Source: Felis catus (Eukaryota). Taken from it: 64,000 bases of DNA. Under the pieces are notes generated by a model, which was given only the letters and a program-made list of their open reading frames with translations, was not told the origin of the DNA and made no database searches. The DNA is taken from positions 72,170,001 through 72,234,000 of the forward strand of contig NC_058368.1 of the NCBI RefSeq assembly GCF_018350175.1, read 5' to 3'. The position numbers and the translations under genes were made by a program. Below are positions 13,845 through 28,289 of the stretch, piece after piece (the stretch's first letter is position 1; each line of letters starts with the position of its first letter).

Positions 13845-15504
13845 CCTTGACTTTATTAGAAATGTAATCAGAGTCTCTTAACTACATTTGGCAAAAAATG
13901 CAAAAAAATTAAGGAGCAAGTTGTTTCTTTACATTTCCCAGTAATTCTTTCAGTACAGTTAAAAGCCATTTTGGTGGTGAGAGAGGGAAATTAATTTGTA
14001 ATTAAGTGTTTTATCTCATTTACTGCTTATATTGTGTAACTGCATTGGATATGGTTTTATAAGTGAAAACTCAACAGAGCAAGTCATTTGCATTTAGAGA
14101 ATGCAAATTAAGAAAACATACGAAATACATAATATTAAAATACAAGTACCTGCTCTCATGGAGGGTACTTTATTGCTTCTGAATAAAAACTCCCCTTTGG
14201 AAGAACTGAGGAGCAAATGAGGCCCATGGATTATGACTTCAGTGAGAGTTTACAAGGAATAAAGATATTGAGTTGGTGAAAGATGTACAGTGGATATTTA
14301 CTGCATGTGTTTTAGTAACTTAGAGGCAATTTGTTTTGTACGATAAGTGGAGAGATAAACTGAACAAAGCCTTAGTGAAACTGCGCGCATAAGCTTTTGT
14401 CAGGCAGCTATGGGAAACACACAATTTGTTTTTGTTTTTGTTGAAGAAAGACTGATGGCTCTTTCCTATGCCAACCGGTGGTCCTTAGGACCTGCACAGG
14501 CTGTTCCATCATGAAAGGTTAATCTGATTGTCCTCCTTCTAACATAAGTTATTAGTCCCAACAATAGTCCAGAACTACAGGATCCTGCCTCACAGCAGGA
14601 CTTGATCTTCCTTGGGAATTCTACTTAGCAGTGAAGTGTCTGTTTGGTCCAAATTAGAAGAGAAAGTTATTGGTTGAGATGACAAAATGGTTTTATTAAA
14701 TTCTATCAATATATCTTCCTCCCCGCTCCCCACCCCCTCCATTAACAAATGTCAAGCTTCTCTTCTCCATCTCATGGGACTGTATGCTGAGGCTCCACTG
14801 GTTGTTTCCGCCCTGACCCTCCCAATGACTTGGATCCCAAGGCATTGGCATCAGCATCGTGGTACATGCTTTGGGAGAAGAGAGCACGGTGCTGCTACCC
14901 TCAAGATACTTGAGGTCTAGCAGAGGCAACAGGAGCTTGCACAAGTATTGATGGTGTGTCGCAGAAAGTGACAACTGCCATAAACAGAGGGGGAGCAGGA
15001 ATCCACTCTGTGCCAGGCCTTGTGCTGGCTTCTCTGCAGGTACTATTTGGACATCTTGGGAAGGAGCTGAAGCCCAGGTGCTTCAGGTGAGAGAAATTAA
15101 ACACCAGTCCTCCTCCTACCACGTGTCTATTTACATGCCCACAGGGTATATCAAAGCTTTAGAGATGAGAGATGTGAGAGAGAAACCTTGTCCAAACTCT
15201 GGGTCTGACCGCTGTAGTAGTTTTGTGGTGTTTCTCCAATAGTCATCTCTTCCCACATGACTCATCTAAGCCAATCCTCTTGGCTCAGCCATCTTGTGAA
15301 TGATTCGTTTAGGAACAACCAAGTTACCCAATCCTGCCAATGAATAGTGACAGCAAGTGTGCTGGGGGAAGTAGAAAATGGTACCAGGAAAAAGTGTCCT
15401 TGCTCCTTGAAGATGACCCTCTTCTTCCTCAAGATTTTATCACAAATTCTGGAAATATTGCATCCATTTTGCTAACACGCTAAGACAACCCATGGAGAAA
15501 ATAA

Positions 15505-15930
15505 CTGCAGTAGTTTTCTTGGGCCGCTGTAACAAAGTACCAAAAGCTAAGTGTCTTAAAGCAAGGGAATTTATTATCTCACAGCTCAGCAGTCTGAAAT
15601 CAATGTGTTGGCAGGACTATGCTCCCTCTTAAGGATTCTCCCAACGTTTTCTAGCTTCAGGTGTTTTCCAGCAATCCTTGGAGGTCCTTGGTTTGTAGAT
15701 GCCACTCCAGTCACAGGGCTGTCTTCTCCACATGTGTTTTCGTATCATTTCCCCTCTGTGTGTGTCTGTGTCTGTGTCCAAATCTCTTCTTTTTATAGAC
15801 TATCAGTCATATTGGATTAGGGCCCAATGTAATGACCTCATGTTAACTTAATCACCTCTATTTCCAAATAAGGTAATATTTTGGGTTACTTAGACATATA
15901 TTTTTGGGGCACATAATTCAGCCCACAACA
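15505..15930. mobile_element. MaLR solo LTR (MLT1B/C-like)
   Basis: Ends gggccgctgtaacaaagtacca and ggggcacataattcagcccacaaca. Confidence 0.78.
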
Positions 15931-18900
15931 GAATTTCAGTGAAAGATTCAGAGTCTTGGCTTTCTGGTTTACCTAATCTCAAGTTTTGTGAGAAATTTCC
16001 TAATTGTTCAAGTTGATTGGGGTCAAGATTTCTGCTACTTCCTGCCAAAGCATTCTGATAGAATTATGCAGACATTTCAGATGGGACAAGGGTTAGGGAG
16101 ATGGAGAGTAAAGGGGTTCCCAGAGGAAGGGGACAGCAGTGGAAGAAAGAATCTGGGATGTTGAGCCTGATACAGTGTGGAAGGATCACAGAAGTTTTCT
16201 TTGGTCTAGCATTGTTAGTCATTCCTCAGTGAAAACCTATTCACTGGGAAGTGTTGTGCGAAGCATGGAGGATTTAATGAGCAAGATAGATGCCTTCTCT
16301 GCCTTTGGAAGATGTGATGGGGGAAATCCTGAAATATGAGCCCAAAGAGGCAACTGGTGATAGAGAAGAGAAGATACTGAAAACTCTAGCAAAATGTGTG
16401 GTATCGTGAGGGAAAGGAAGACCTTGAAACATTTTAAACAGGAGAGTTCCAGGAAACAGTTTAAATTTTGCTACATATGGAGATGGGTCGAGAAGTGGCC
16501 AACTGAGGCAGAGACCCATTAGGGAACTTGTGGAATAACACAAGTGAAAATCCTTTAGGACCTCTCTGCCTTCACGTGTTTCAGGAAGTAGCTGGGGTCC
16601 TTCAGTGTGGCTGGAGCTCTGTCAGAGGGTCAATGCAGTGGGCAATCACTTTGTGTGCCCAGGCTGCTGTTTTAGGAATTCACATGTTCCTGTCAGGTCC
16701 TCTTAGAGGGTTTCACAGTGGGCTGCTGGGCCCAAGATACAAATCCAATCAAACAGTGTTTAATTTCATATCCAGTGCTATTTCCTTAGAGAGAATATGC
16801 CACCCAGATGTCTGGGTCCAAATCTGGTTCACGAAAGAGCCACAGAAAAGCTCTTTGCCAGGCACAAAGACTGAGGCTGCTTTGCCAAGTCAGGCTGGCT
16901 CTGCCTCTGCCTCTGTTGGATTCCTTCAAGATGGGTGTTCTCCTAGCATCTCTCATGGGCGCACATGGTTTATTCTGCATTCCATAGCTCTAAGTACATA
17001 TAAGAAAAATCACATGATGCATCCCAAAGTAAAACAGGAACTTGAAGACTCAGCACTTGTTTTTATTATCTTTACTTGACTCCCACCATCTCGGAGGCTG
17101 GTGCCTGCTAACCATATCTCGTGCACTTTGGCTAACACCATAATTAACTAACCTACCACAACACCCAACCCGTGGATAATGAGGGAGATGCTCTATAAGA
17201 AGGGAAGGGAGTAAGACCCATGGATGAGTGTCTGAACAGAAATCTACCATCGACTATCATGTGTTTTTAACCATCTTTTCTGATGATTTCCTGTCAGGCA
17301 AGTAGCACCAACGGATGATGCTTTATGTGACTGGGAATGATAATGACTACTTTTTGTAGCTGCGATGTTTTCAACATTTCTTGCAAAATTTGATTATTTT
17401 TCAGGGATTTAATGCATAATGCGTTCATGTGCGAGGAAAATTCTACTCCTAGTCATTTCACACATTTAGGCTGTCAACCCCGTCAGCTGCGGAATCACTG
17501 ATTAGGGGGCCCCATAGCTGCCTGGCTGCTTTCATTAAGATGGTCAAAGTAATCAGGCAGAAAGGCACAATTGAGTAATTGGAGACCTGAAAACGTAATG
17601 CTACTTGATTACTATTATGGCTGGAAAAATAGAGCAAATCCCAAGGGGCTAAGTCGGGTGGCTCTGAAGCAGCCTGATCTTTTATACAGAATCTAATATA
17701 CCGACTTCAAATATATTGTATTATATAGAATATAACATTTAAAAATGCTTCTGAGAGTTGGATTTTGTATATTTTGTATGTATGGTATATTATTAAATCC
17801 ACATAATGGTATGAGGAAAATGCTATTGTTACCTACATTTTAGATGTGAGAAAATAAAAGCTTAATGACTAATTTGTCTAGTATCATATAGCTAAGAAGT
17901 GAGGGAGCAGTGATAAGAAATCAGATCTGTATGACAAGAAGTGCAAACTCTTATCTGTGATGCCTTCTTATTATATTCAAAAATTCTTGAAAATACCTAA
18001 AATTTCTCTTTCTTTTTTTCTTCTTCTTCTTTTTTTTTTTTGGTAGCTCATTTAGTGGCAGAAAGTCAATCTGACCTAAGACTTATTTATTGTCCTTATT
18101 TATTCTTCTTTGCCCAAACGCTGATGTTGTGCTAAAGAAACATTTGTGTATTGATTACAGAGTGCTGACTCAAACAAATTAAACCAAGAAGGGAGTGATA
18201 TCACCCTTGTAATATCTAGAATATTCTGAACTCCAAAAGCCATCTGGCTCCAAGAGGCTTTGGCTAAGAAATATAAAATCGGTGATGTGAGATTAGAGGA
18301 GACAGTAAAAGATGAAGATAAGATTTGACGTTAAGAGAAGACTGTGTACATAAAGAAGGGGACGGGGGGTGGTTTTCTTTTTAGGATCCCCTGTTCCTAG
18401 AACAATGGCTGGCCCTAAGTGGGCCTTCAAGACTGTGTGCTGAATTAACCTGGGCTCAGAGATGGACTGTGACAATGACAGTCTCAGTGTCATTCTGAAC
18501 GATGGCGCTCTGCAATTTTCATTTCCCCAGTGATGGGGCACACAAAGAGAAGGTGGGCTTAGTGACATCACTGTCATCTTTGCTTGCATGCCCCCAACCC
18601 TGAAGAAGAGCTGAGCCTCTTGTTGAAGAGTCTGGCTCCAGGACAATAGCATCCTATGTGGCCCGACCCCAGGCACCGGAGAGGCTCTGCCCCACAAGCT
18701 GGCAGGGTGGGCTGCCATCCCCACACCACATTGGGTGCACAGTCTGTCTCTGAAGGGAGATTCAGGCAGAAACTCGGCACCCCCCACTTCAGGTGGCCAT
18801 GCTCTTAGGAACAGCCACATTCCTAGCTTGGGTGCTTCTGTTCTGAGAGTCACATCAAGGGGCCTCAGCTGAGGCACTTTTCCCTATTCTTCCTGCCACA

Positions 18901-19697
18901 ATACACTCACCCATCTGACACTCACCCAGTGCTGTTCAGTGTGGAAAATGGAATGCTGGGAGCCAGTGGCTTGTACTGTGGTAGTAGGAAAATAAAGACT
19001 GGCTGTGACTCTCAGTTTGGCTTGCTGTCCTACATCACCACCTCCACGCAGGACGTGTCAACACTTGTCTAAGAGCAATCCTTGTGCCTATGCTCTGGAT
19101 GCCCTCTTCAAGAACCCTTTGCTATTGTCCTCTGTGTCTCCTACATCTTCAACCTCACCTTCTACTTGCTTGTTCTCAACGAACATTTAAATACAACCAC
19201 ACTTTCATCCAACTTAACCCTTCCTTGGTCTTGTATCCTCCTCTTACCATTGGCCTTGCTTTCTCCTTTACCTTCTGGAACAAGAAAGGCTCACTGCAGA
19301 CCTTTAGCATATTCTGTCCCCAAACCTAGGACACTGTGTTCCTCCACTTTGATTGTCTATGTACAACTGTTCTTTAGTGACTGTTCCAAGAAGACTATTT
19401 GGACGTTTCCATTCCTGGTTACAGATCTTAGTTCTGGGTTCTCAGAGCACCTCGTGCCTGCCTCTATCATGCTTTGCGTTTACTTACTTGGCACGCCCTT
19501 CAACTGAGAATTTCCTGAAGACTGGGGATATAGTTGTGTTTCTGCCCTAAGATCACCAAAATTGCCTGGCTCTTTATACACACTCAACAAATGCTTGGTG
19601 ATGCATAACAAATTTAGCACTAGGTTAAAAAAAATAATAACCAGCCTATATAAGACTACCATTTTGAGTACAGACACTTTTGCCTGCAAAGCTTAGT

Positions 19698-19891
19698 TTT
19701 TTTAATGTTTATTTCATTTTTGAGGGAATGAGCATGAGCAGAGGATGGGCAGAGAGACAGGGGGACAGAGGATCTGAAGTGGGTTCTGTGCTGACAGCAG
19801 CGAGCCCAATGCAGGCTCGAAATTGCAAACCATGAGATGGTGACCTGAGCTGAAGTCTGACACTCAACCGACTGAGCCATATAGGTGTCCC
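19698..19891 (-). mobile_element. CAN-SINE (older)
   Basis: Reverse SINE body; TSD core caaagctta. Confidence 0.9.
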
Positions 19892-19919
19892 ACAAAGCTT
19901 ATCTTAGAAAAATGAATTA

Positions 19920-20135
19920 GGGGAGCCTGGGTGGCTCAGTTGGTTAAATGTCCGACTTCGGCTCAGGTCATGATCTCACCATTCGTGAGTTCGAGCCCTG
20001 CGTCGGGCTCTGTGCTGACAGCTCAGAGCCTGGAGCCCGCTTCGGATTCTGTGTCTCCCTCTCTCTCTGACCCTTCCTCATTTATGCTCTGTCTCTCTTT
20101 GTCTCAAAAATAAATAAAACATTAAAAAATTGTAA
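19920..20135 (+). mobile_element. CAN-SINE
   Basis: Typical body; TSD aaaaatgaatta. Confidence 0.95.
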
Positions 20136-20501
20136 AAAAATGAATTATATACTGTTGTTACCCCAAGATAATTCTTCCCATATAAATGGGTATTTCAGCT
20201 TATGGTGAAAAAAATACATATTTTTTTGTCTTGGTCATTACATTTTTTCATGTTTTTAATTCCACATGGAGTTAAATTTCAGAATCCTTGGTTAGGGGTT
20301 GTATTTTCTACATGAATTCTGTTTATGATTGATTTTTGACTTCCTTTTTTAGCCTAAGTGAATTCCTGATGATAATGCAGAGGCATGAACTAGAGAATTT
20401 TCCAAAGAAATTTCAAATCTGAAGAGTTTATGAATTTTCTTACATTGAAAATCAAAAACTTCCTTCTAGATTATGCTTGACATTAAAATCTATGAACTGT
20501 A

Positions 20502-20667
20502 GGGGCGCCTGGGTGGCTCAGTTGGTTAAGTGTCTGACTTTGGCTCAGGTCATGATCTCACAGTTCCTGGGCTTGAGCCATAGGGCTCTGTGCTGACAGA
20601 CAGCTCAGAGGCTGGAGCCTGCTTCAGATTCTGTGTCTCCCTCTCTGTATGCCCCTCCCCTGTTATC

Positions 20668-20715
<48 letters not shown>

Positions 20716-20805
20716 TGTGTGTCTGTGCGCGTCTGTGTGTGTCTGTGTGTGTGTGTCTCTCTCTCAAAAATAAATAATAAATATTAAAAAAAATTAAAAA
20801 ATAAT
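20502..20805 (+). mobile_element. CAN-SINE with an internal (TG)n expansion (about 20672-20757)
   Basis: Typical head; TSD tatgaactgt. Confidence 0.93.
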
Positions 20806-20882
20806 ATATGAACTGTGAAACAGATTTTGAAATGTCAACTTTCACAGACACAAAAAACAAATTTTATTTTAAGATTCTGCTA

Positions 20883-21097
20883 GGGGCACCTGGGTGGCTC
20901 AGTCAGTTAAGTGTCTTGACTCTTGGTTTCAGCTCAGGTCATGATCTCACAATTTCGTGAGTTTGAGCCCCATGTCAGGCTCTACACTGCCAGTGTGGAG
21001 CCTGCTTGGGATTCTCTCTTTCTCCTTCTCTCTCTGCCCCTCCCCACTTGCGCTCTCTGTCTCTCCCAAAATAAATTAGTAAACTTAAAAAAAAATA
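20883..21097 (+). mobile_element. CAN-SINE (older subfamily)
   Basis: Head ggggcacctgggtggctcagtcagttaag; degenerate TSD tctgcta. Confidence 0.92.
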
Positions 21098-21347
21098 CTC
21101 TGCTATACTTTCATCTATAGGTACTAAGAACTCTAGCTTTCAACTGGGCTGGTTTTAGCATCTCATTTTATCAGATTATTTCCAGAATTTTACAATTGAG
21201 GTATAATCTAACAGTGTTGAAAACGGGCTCAGGTGCCTACACCCTGCAAAAGAGACCATTTTAAATATTAAAACTGAATTATTCCAAGTTATCAAAAATA
21301 TGCCAGTATTTTTGATCCACTGTTGAAGGGATATTATTTTGATGTTA

Positions 21348-21632
<285 letters not shown>

Positions 21633-21882
21633 TTACTCACACTGAATCTTAAACAAGTTCACACTAAAACCTCATTTTTCACAGTACTTCATAAAATCAC
21701 ACTTTTCTATGTGAGTAGCTACAGACAAAAAGTAACACTACAATAACTAAGATCTTGGTGTATCTCAGTGCCTGCCTTTCTGCCTTTTAACCAGAGCTCA
21801 ATAAATCCTGAATGAATGAAGGAAAATGGTGGTAACAAAAACTTTTTTACATATAATGTGATAATTCAAAGTGCTATTACAT

Positions 21883-21884
21883 TT

Positions 21885-21944
<60 letters not shown>

Positions 21945-22122
21945 TTTAGAGAAAGAGAGAGGGCATGCGAGCTGGGGAGGGGCAGAGAGAGAGAATCCCA
22001 AGCAGGCTCCGTGCTGTCAGCACAGAGCCCAACATGGGGCTTGATCTTACAAACTGTGAAATCATAACCTGAGATGAGATTAAGAGTCACATGCTTAATC
22101 GACTGAGCCACCCAGGCACCCC
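21883..22122 (-). mobile_element. CAN-SINE (older subfamily) with a (TTTC)n tail
   Basis: TSD tcaaagtgctatta at 21866-21879 and 22123-22136. Confidence 0.93.
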
Positions 22123-22329
22123 TCAAAGTGCTATTAACTAATACATATTGTTGAAATACAATTGATATTTTTCCTATGTTCAAATGTAGATGAAAGGCTT
22201 AATCCAAGATTAGCTACATGTCTCATAAAACAAAGCTTCCTATATAGTATTGTACATATAGACTTTTTTTTTAAGAATCTACTATCAAAGAGTCCTTACT
22301 TATGCCTGAGAGTGATACCATAATATCCA

Positions 22330-22760
22330 TTCTATCCTCTCTTTAAATAATAGAACTATCAGAATTTTAGCCTAACAAGTGGCTAGCAAGGACTATAGAC
22401 TACATTTTCCAGCCCCACTTATAGCTAGGTGTGGCCAGTCGACTAAGTTCAGATGTAAGGAACATGAAAAGAAGTAATTTTTGCAACTTTTGGCACATTT
22501 AATTAAATAAACTTGCCCTGGATACTCTTTATGCTTTCCTCTGGCAGGGAAATTGAAATGAATGGAGTAGCCCCTTTGGACCAGAAATGGAAGCCTTGTA
22601 TGGAAGCTAACAGATTCAATCCACCTCAACAGGCAGGCTTCCTGCATGACTGTGTGGAGCAGAGCCACCTACTTTCCCTGGACACCCACCAACTACTGGA
22701 GAGAAACAAACTTCTGTCTTATGTAAGACTTGCATTTTTAGATCTTTGTTATATCTAAAT
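22330..22760. mobile_element. Old MaLR LTR (MLT1-like)
   Basis: Strings ctacattttccagccccactt..gctaggtgtggcca and gagagaaacaaacttctgtcttatgtaag. Confidence 0.6.
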
Positions 22761-23319
22761 ACACACATATATTTAGATGTTTTGCATATATATAAAGGCA
22801 ACTCTCCATAGCTTACTGATTAATAAATTCACTTGCTCTTCACTTTAACAAATACTGATTAATTATTATGTGCCAAACATTGTGTTGGACAAATAAGATT
22901 CAATGTTTATAAATTACAGAGGGAGTATAATATAAAGGCAAAGCTCCTAAGGGCATATTTATAAGATTAAAAGTATAATTTAGTATGTAATTCAAGGTTG
23001 AAATATAAAACATGGAAAAGTAGCAATTTTTCATTAAGTCTGAGATGTCAACATTTTTATATGTGCCTCTGAAAAATAAAAAGTGCTCCCAATTAAAGAA
23101 TGGCATACCACTGATTAGAAGACAGATTCCAGATTTAGAGATAGGAAATAGGAAAACAGGAAAACTATGGTCTTGGCACAAATAAACTATGGTAAGTGGA
23201 AAGGTTGTCCAAGATGGTTTGATGAGAGCTTAAGGTGACTATGAATGCTTTTTAGTAGCAGAAAATAAATACTCTTCAACAGAGTAAGAGCAGGAAATGC
23301 TTTTAAAACCTAGTTTTTA

Positions 23320-23488
23320 GGGGTGCCTGGGTGGCTCAGTTGGTTGAGTGTCTGACTTCGGCTCGGGTCATGATCTCACAGTTAGTGGGTTCGAGCCCAG
23401 TGTCAGGCTCTGTGCTGACAGCTCAGAGCCCGGAACCCGCTTTGGATTCTGTATCTCATTCTCTCTTCACCTCCCCTGCTCATTCTCT

Positions 23489-23528
<40 letters not shown>

Positions 23529-23548
23529 AGTAAACATTAAAAAAATTT
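23320..23548 (+). mobile_element. CAN-SINE
   Basis: Typical body with a long (CT)n; TSD core aacctag. Confidence 0.93.
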
Positions 23549-24525
23549 TAACCTAGATTTAATTTTTACACATATAAAATAACATATGTTTGGATTTTTC
23601 CAGCATCCCTAGCTTCCTACTGTTCCTGATTTTCTTTTGACAAATCATTCCTGCTCCACTCTTGGTCCATGAGGACCAGAAGGGACTCTGTGATGTCCAT
23701 GATCCAGGCTGGGAGGGAGTATTCACAATGACCTGAGTCATCCTCAAAACTTTTGTTGGACCTGTAAGAGGTGTGCCATTTTTCATTCCCAATTCACATT
23801 ACTGTGAGCACCACAGAAATCTTGAGCTCTGGGAGCCATCTTTGACACTACATGGAGCAAAGCTAGCTTAGGAATAACTGACACAGAAGAAAAGTGAGTG
23901 AGGAAATAGACTGAGCCCCTGCGATACCATTTTAGCCTCTGCATCATGCCATACTTGAAGCCACTTTTACTTCCTTAGACTTTGAATCAACAGAATATAT
24001 TGTGGTGAAATAATAGGAATGTCTACAGAATCCAAATGTAGCCACATGACTAGTAAATTAAATGGACACACATGTAAAGAAGTTGAGAAAATGTATATTT
24101 TCTTGTTGCTAATTTTAATTCCTCCCTGCAATACTGAAAAAAGAAAATTTATGTGAAAAATCATGTTGTTCCGAGTAAAGATTATGCTATATACATGGTT
24201 AAGCTACCAGTTTTCTGTTTGAATTTATATATATTCCCAAATCAGAACATATTACACTCAGGCCATCTTTCCAAGTAATAAGCAAATAGCTTTATCATAA
24301 GAACTATTAAAATATTCGCATTCATATTAATATCCTGAATAATTATATGGAAGGATTTCACATTCTTATCAGATTTGTTATTCTCAGATATAAATGATTC
24401 AGTATCTAATTGTTAATAGCTAAAATGAGCAAATTTACAGGAACAATTTAACTGGCTTGTAGCTCAACTTTCAATACAGTGTGTTTTCTCCACTTGTATT
24501 AAAATCATATTTAAAAGATTGTCTA

Positions 24526-24737
24526 GGGGCGCCTGGGTGGCTCAGTTGGTTAAGTGTCTGATTTCAGCTCAGGTCATGATACCGCAGCTTGTGAGTTCGA
24601 GCCCCACGTCCGGCTCTGTGCTGACAGCTTGGAGCCTGGAGCCTGCTTCGGATTCTGTGTCTCCCTTCTCTCTCTGTCCCTCCCCTGCTCATGCTCTGTC
24701 TCTCTCAAAAATGAATAAACTTAAAAAAAAAAAAAGA
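24526..24737 (+). mobile_element. CAN-SINE
   Basis: Typical body; TSD aagattg(t/c)ct. Confidence 0.94.
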
Positions 24738-25444
24738 AGATTGCCTGAGTAATTTTGAGCCCTATCCCAAATTCTAATAAAACATCCTATGCACATCTGT
24801 GCAATTTTGATAAATTAAAATTTCATTAGTTGGAAGAAGCAGAACTTAACATGATTCCTACATGGCCGATTTGATCAGCATTTTCAAAGGGGAAAGCCTG
24901 CATCCTTGCAAAGGCAAAGTCCTTATCAGTGACTCTAGTTACGCCTTTTCATCTATTTGGGGATAAATATGCTTTTCACTCTGTTTACCCAATAAAGCCT
25001 TTTGATTTGGTGCTTCCACAGACAGGAAATAAAGTAAACCATACTCTCAAAGATAAGCACTGCAGAACATTTTGTGGTTATTTCCAAAGCATATTTTCCT
25101 GGTCACATTTCTAAGTCTATCTCTTCACGATCAGTCTGCTAATTACAAGTGAGATACTTCAGAAATTGTATGGCCAAGAATATGGACTATGAAATTAAAT
25201 TTCTTAGTAACGCGTTTCCATCACTTGTTTGTTATGTGGTCTTGAGCAAGTTATCAAGTGTCTTAGCACTTCAGCTTGCATGCATGCTCTCTGTCTCCCA
25301 GGATTGTGGTGCCTAACCAATAGCATGATGCTCTCGGCCCAGTGCCCAGCACATAGTAAATGCACAATAAATCCCAGCTGATATCATCATAATTATCCGG
25401 TACATCAGAGCTGTAGCATTTTGTAACACTTTATTTCTTCCTAC

Positions 25445-25865
25445 AGGACAATGGTGCCCTATGCTCATTCCAGTCCAGCCATGCTGGCCTTTGTGCTATT
25501 CTTCGAACACAGCAAGCATGTTTCTACCTCAGGACAGTTGCCCTGTGGTTCTCTTGGCTTGCCCTTTCATTTCACTCAGTCTCTGCTCAAAAGCAACTTC
25601 TTCAGAGAGGGCTGCCATGAGCAACCTATCTAAAATAGCACCCCACCCTCAATCTCCATCCTTTTCACCCTTGTTTCTCCTTTACTGCATTTCCAGAACT
25701 TTATTCCACATTCTTTTGTATCCTTGTTTGTGAACTATTTGCCCTCTAGAATGTAAGCTTACTGAGCTAGGGCTCTTCCCTGCATATTTACCTCTGTCCT
25801 CCGTTTCTGGAACAGTGCCTGGCACATAGTAGGTGCTCAGTAAATACCATTTGAATAAATAGATG
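25445..25865 (+). mobile_element. L2 3' end
   Basis: Diagnostic end agaatgtaagct..ggaacagtgcctggcacatagtaggtgctcagtaaata..ttgaataaat. Confidence 0.85.
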
Positions 25866-26287
25866 AAGAACACCAATGATTGCTCTCAGAGATAACTGAT
25901 GTTATAAAGGGAATCATTTTGTACTAAACTGTTGACTTCACTTAAATACGAAAATGTGAAATTCACTAATGGAAGCCAGGCCGCCAACACGATGAGGAAA
26001 GGCCATGTCAGATGAGAAATGTGAGGACCCACAAGGGAGATCAAAGTGGACCCACGAAGAGCCAATCTGCTCAAGACAGTCAGTTCTTATATGTGAATGC
26101 GCAAAAATCCTTGTGACACTTAAGCTTCTCCACAAGACAATCCAGGCAGTGTTTAATTATTTCATTAGGGAAATATAAACATGGTCAAACAGAGAGAGAT
26201 ACAAATGAAAATCACTTAACCATTAACATAAATTAAACTGTTACCGATTATAAGCCAGAATCAAAGATAACATTAAAGTTGCAGACT

Positions 26288-26482
26288 GGGGGCACCTGGG
26301 TGGCTCAGTTGGTTAAGCATTCCATCTCGATTTCAGCTCAGATCATGAAATCACAGTTTGTGAGTTCAAGGCCCACATCGGGCTCTGTGCTGACAGTGTG
26401 GAGCCTGCTTAGGATTCTCGCTTTCTCCCTCTCTCTCTGTCCCTCCCCTACTCTCTCTCTCTCTCAAAAAATAAACTAAAAG
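26288..26482 (+). mobile_element. CAN-SINE (older)
   Basis: TSD aaagttgca(g/a)act. Confidence 0.92.
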
Positions 26483-27046
26483 AAAGTTGCAAACTCACTG
26501 AGTTGCACACTATGTGACTATGTCTATATATATATAAAACTATTAGAACCTTGCACACTAATTTTAGGTATTTTGGGAAAAATTGACTAATATAAAAAAA
26601 CGACATAATGACTTATAATCTGTAATAATTTGGTTTATTTCTTTCCTGTCATTTCTCCATTTATAGGTATTTTACATATAAATATATAGCTATAGATATA
26701 CGTACATATAACATATATATGTTATATAATTTTATACTGCTTTGTGTTTAAATAAAATATAATCATATTATTTTAATCATGTCTCTGAGTAATTACAAAT
26801 TCATCATTGTCATTATTTTTGTGGTCAAATTCGCATATGACTTGCTAAGCTATTCCTCAAATGTTTACCATTTTAAAAGTTCTCATTTTTTTAATCTCGT
26901 AAACAATTCTCAAATAAATATCTTTAGATTCAAAGATTACTCTATTTCTAACTTTTCACTAAAAAATTATCTGTGAGAAAGTATAGAAATTTTAAAACCA
27001 TGAATATATTTTGTATATGTATCCTTGCTGAAATAGGGACCAATAT

Positions 27047-27269
27047 ATTTTTTTAAATTTTTAAAATGTTTTTATTTATTTTTGAGACAGAGAGAGACAG
27101 AGCATGAATGGGGGAGGGTCAGAGAGAGAGGGAGACACAGAATCTGAAACAGGCTTCAGGCTCTGAGCTGTCAGCACAGAGCCCAACACGGGGCTTGAAC
27201 TCACAGAGTGAGAGATCATGACCTGAGCCAAAGTCAGAAGCTCAACTGACTGAGCCACCCAGGTGCCCC
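27047..27269 (-). mobile_element. CAN-SINE
   Basis: TSD gggaccaatat at 27036-27046 and 27270-27280. Confidence 0.95.
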
Positions 27270-28070
27270 GGGACCAATATTTTTCTTAATTTGGTTAACT
27301 TACTAGGTCTATAAAAGATATTTTGTTGTTTTGATTATCAAGCATATTTCTTATAATTATCAAACATATATATTAAATACTCATGTTGATTTTGTGAATC
27401 TAGACAGCAGTGCCCAAGAGCATACAAAGGCATGATTGGGAAGTACATTTTGTACCAAGAGTTTTAAACATGTATATATCTCTTGCCCTGCTCATCTCAC
27501 TTATTATAACCAAGCCTAAGGATATAACCCAACAAATGACAAAGGGCTTATGTCCAAAGATGTTGATGTACTGAAAGCTTGAACCATATATCCTTTGTGA
27601 TTTCAGTATGTTTGGCAATGATTATTAGAGGCCTAGCTTTTAACCCATGTGTTTACAGGATATTTGTTATCATTTCTGTGAATTATATTTTCATGTCCTT
27701 TCCCTAGGTATCAGAAGTATAGAGTTTCAGGTTGCAGTCTGGCAGCTGAAGTTAAAACTGCTCTGAAAATAACAGCTTTGGAATCTCTAATAAATAAAGT
27801 CAGTGAAGTTGGAATGCATCTTTTTTCATCTTAGAGAAAATTTCATCTAAAATATCTCCACTGTGAATTTTCAGAAGTTTTAAAAACAATGTTATAATTT
27901 ATGAATGCACTATTTTTGGCACTGAAGATGTCGCTGGGCCTATCTCAAGTTTGTGTTTATTATATAATAATTGTATATAACCATTTAATATAATTATGTA
28001 TAGTTATTATTACATAACTGGTATTTCCTCTGGAAAGAAACAAATTCTACTGACATATAGACATTATTCA

Positions 28071-28289
<219 letters not shown>

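Noticed and set aside
16528..17079. 183-aa plus-strand ORF
   Set aside because: Non-ATG start, no recognisable domain, antisense intronic; consistent with chance.
18293..18877. 194-aa minus-strand ORF in a GC-richer patch
   Set aside because: No resemblance to NALCN or any family I recognise; non-ATG start.
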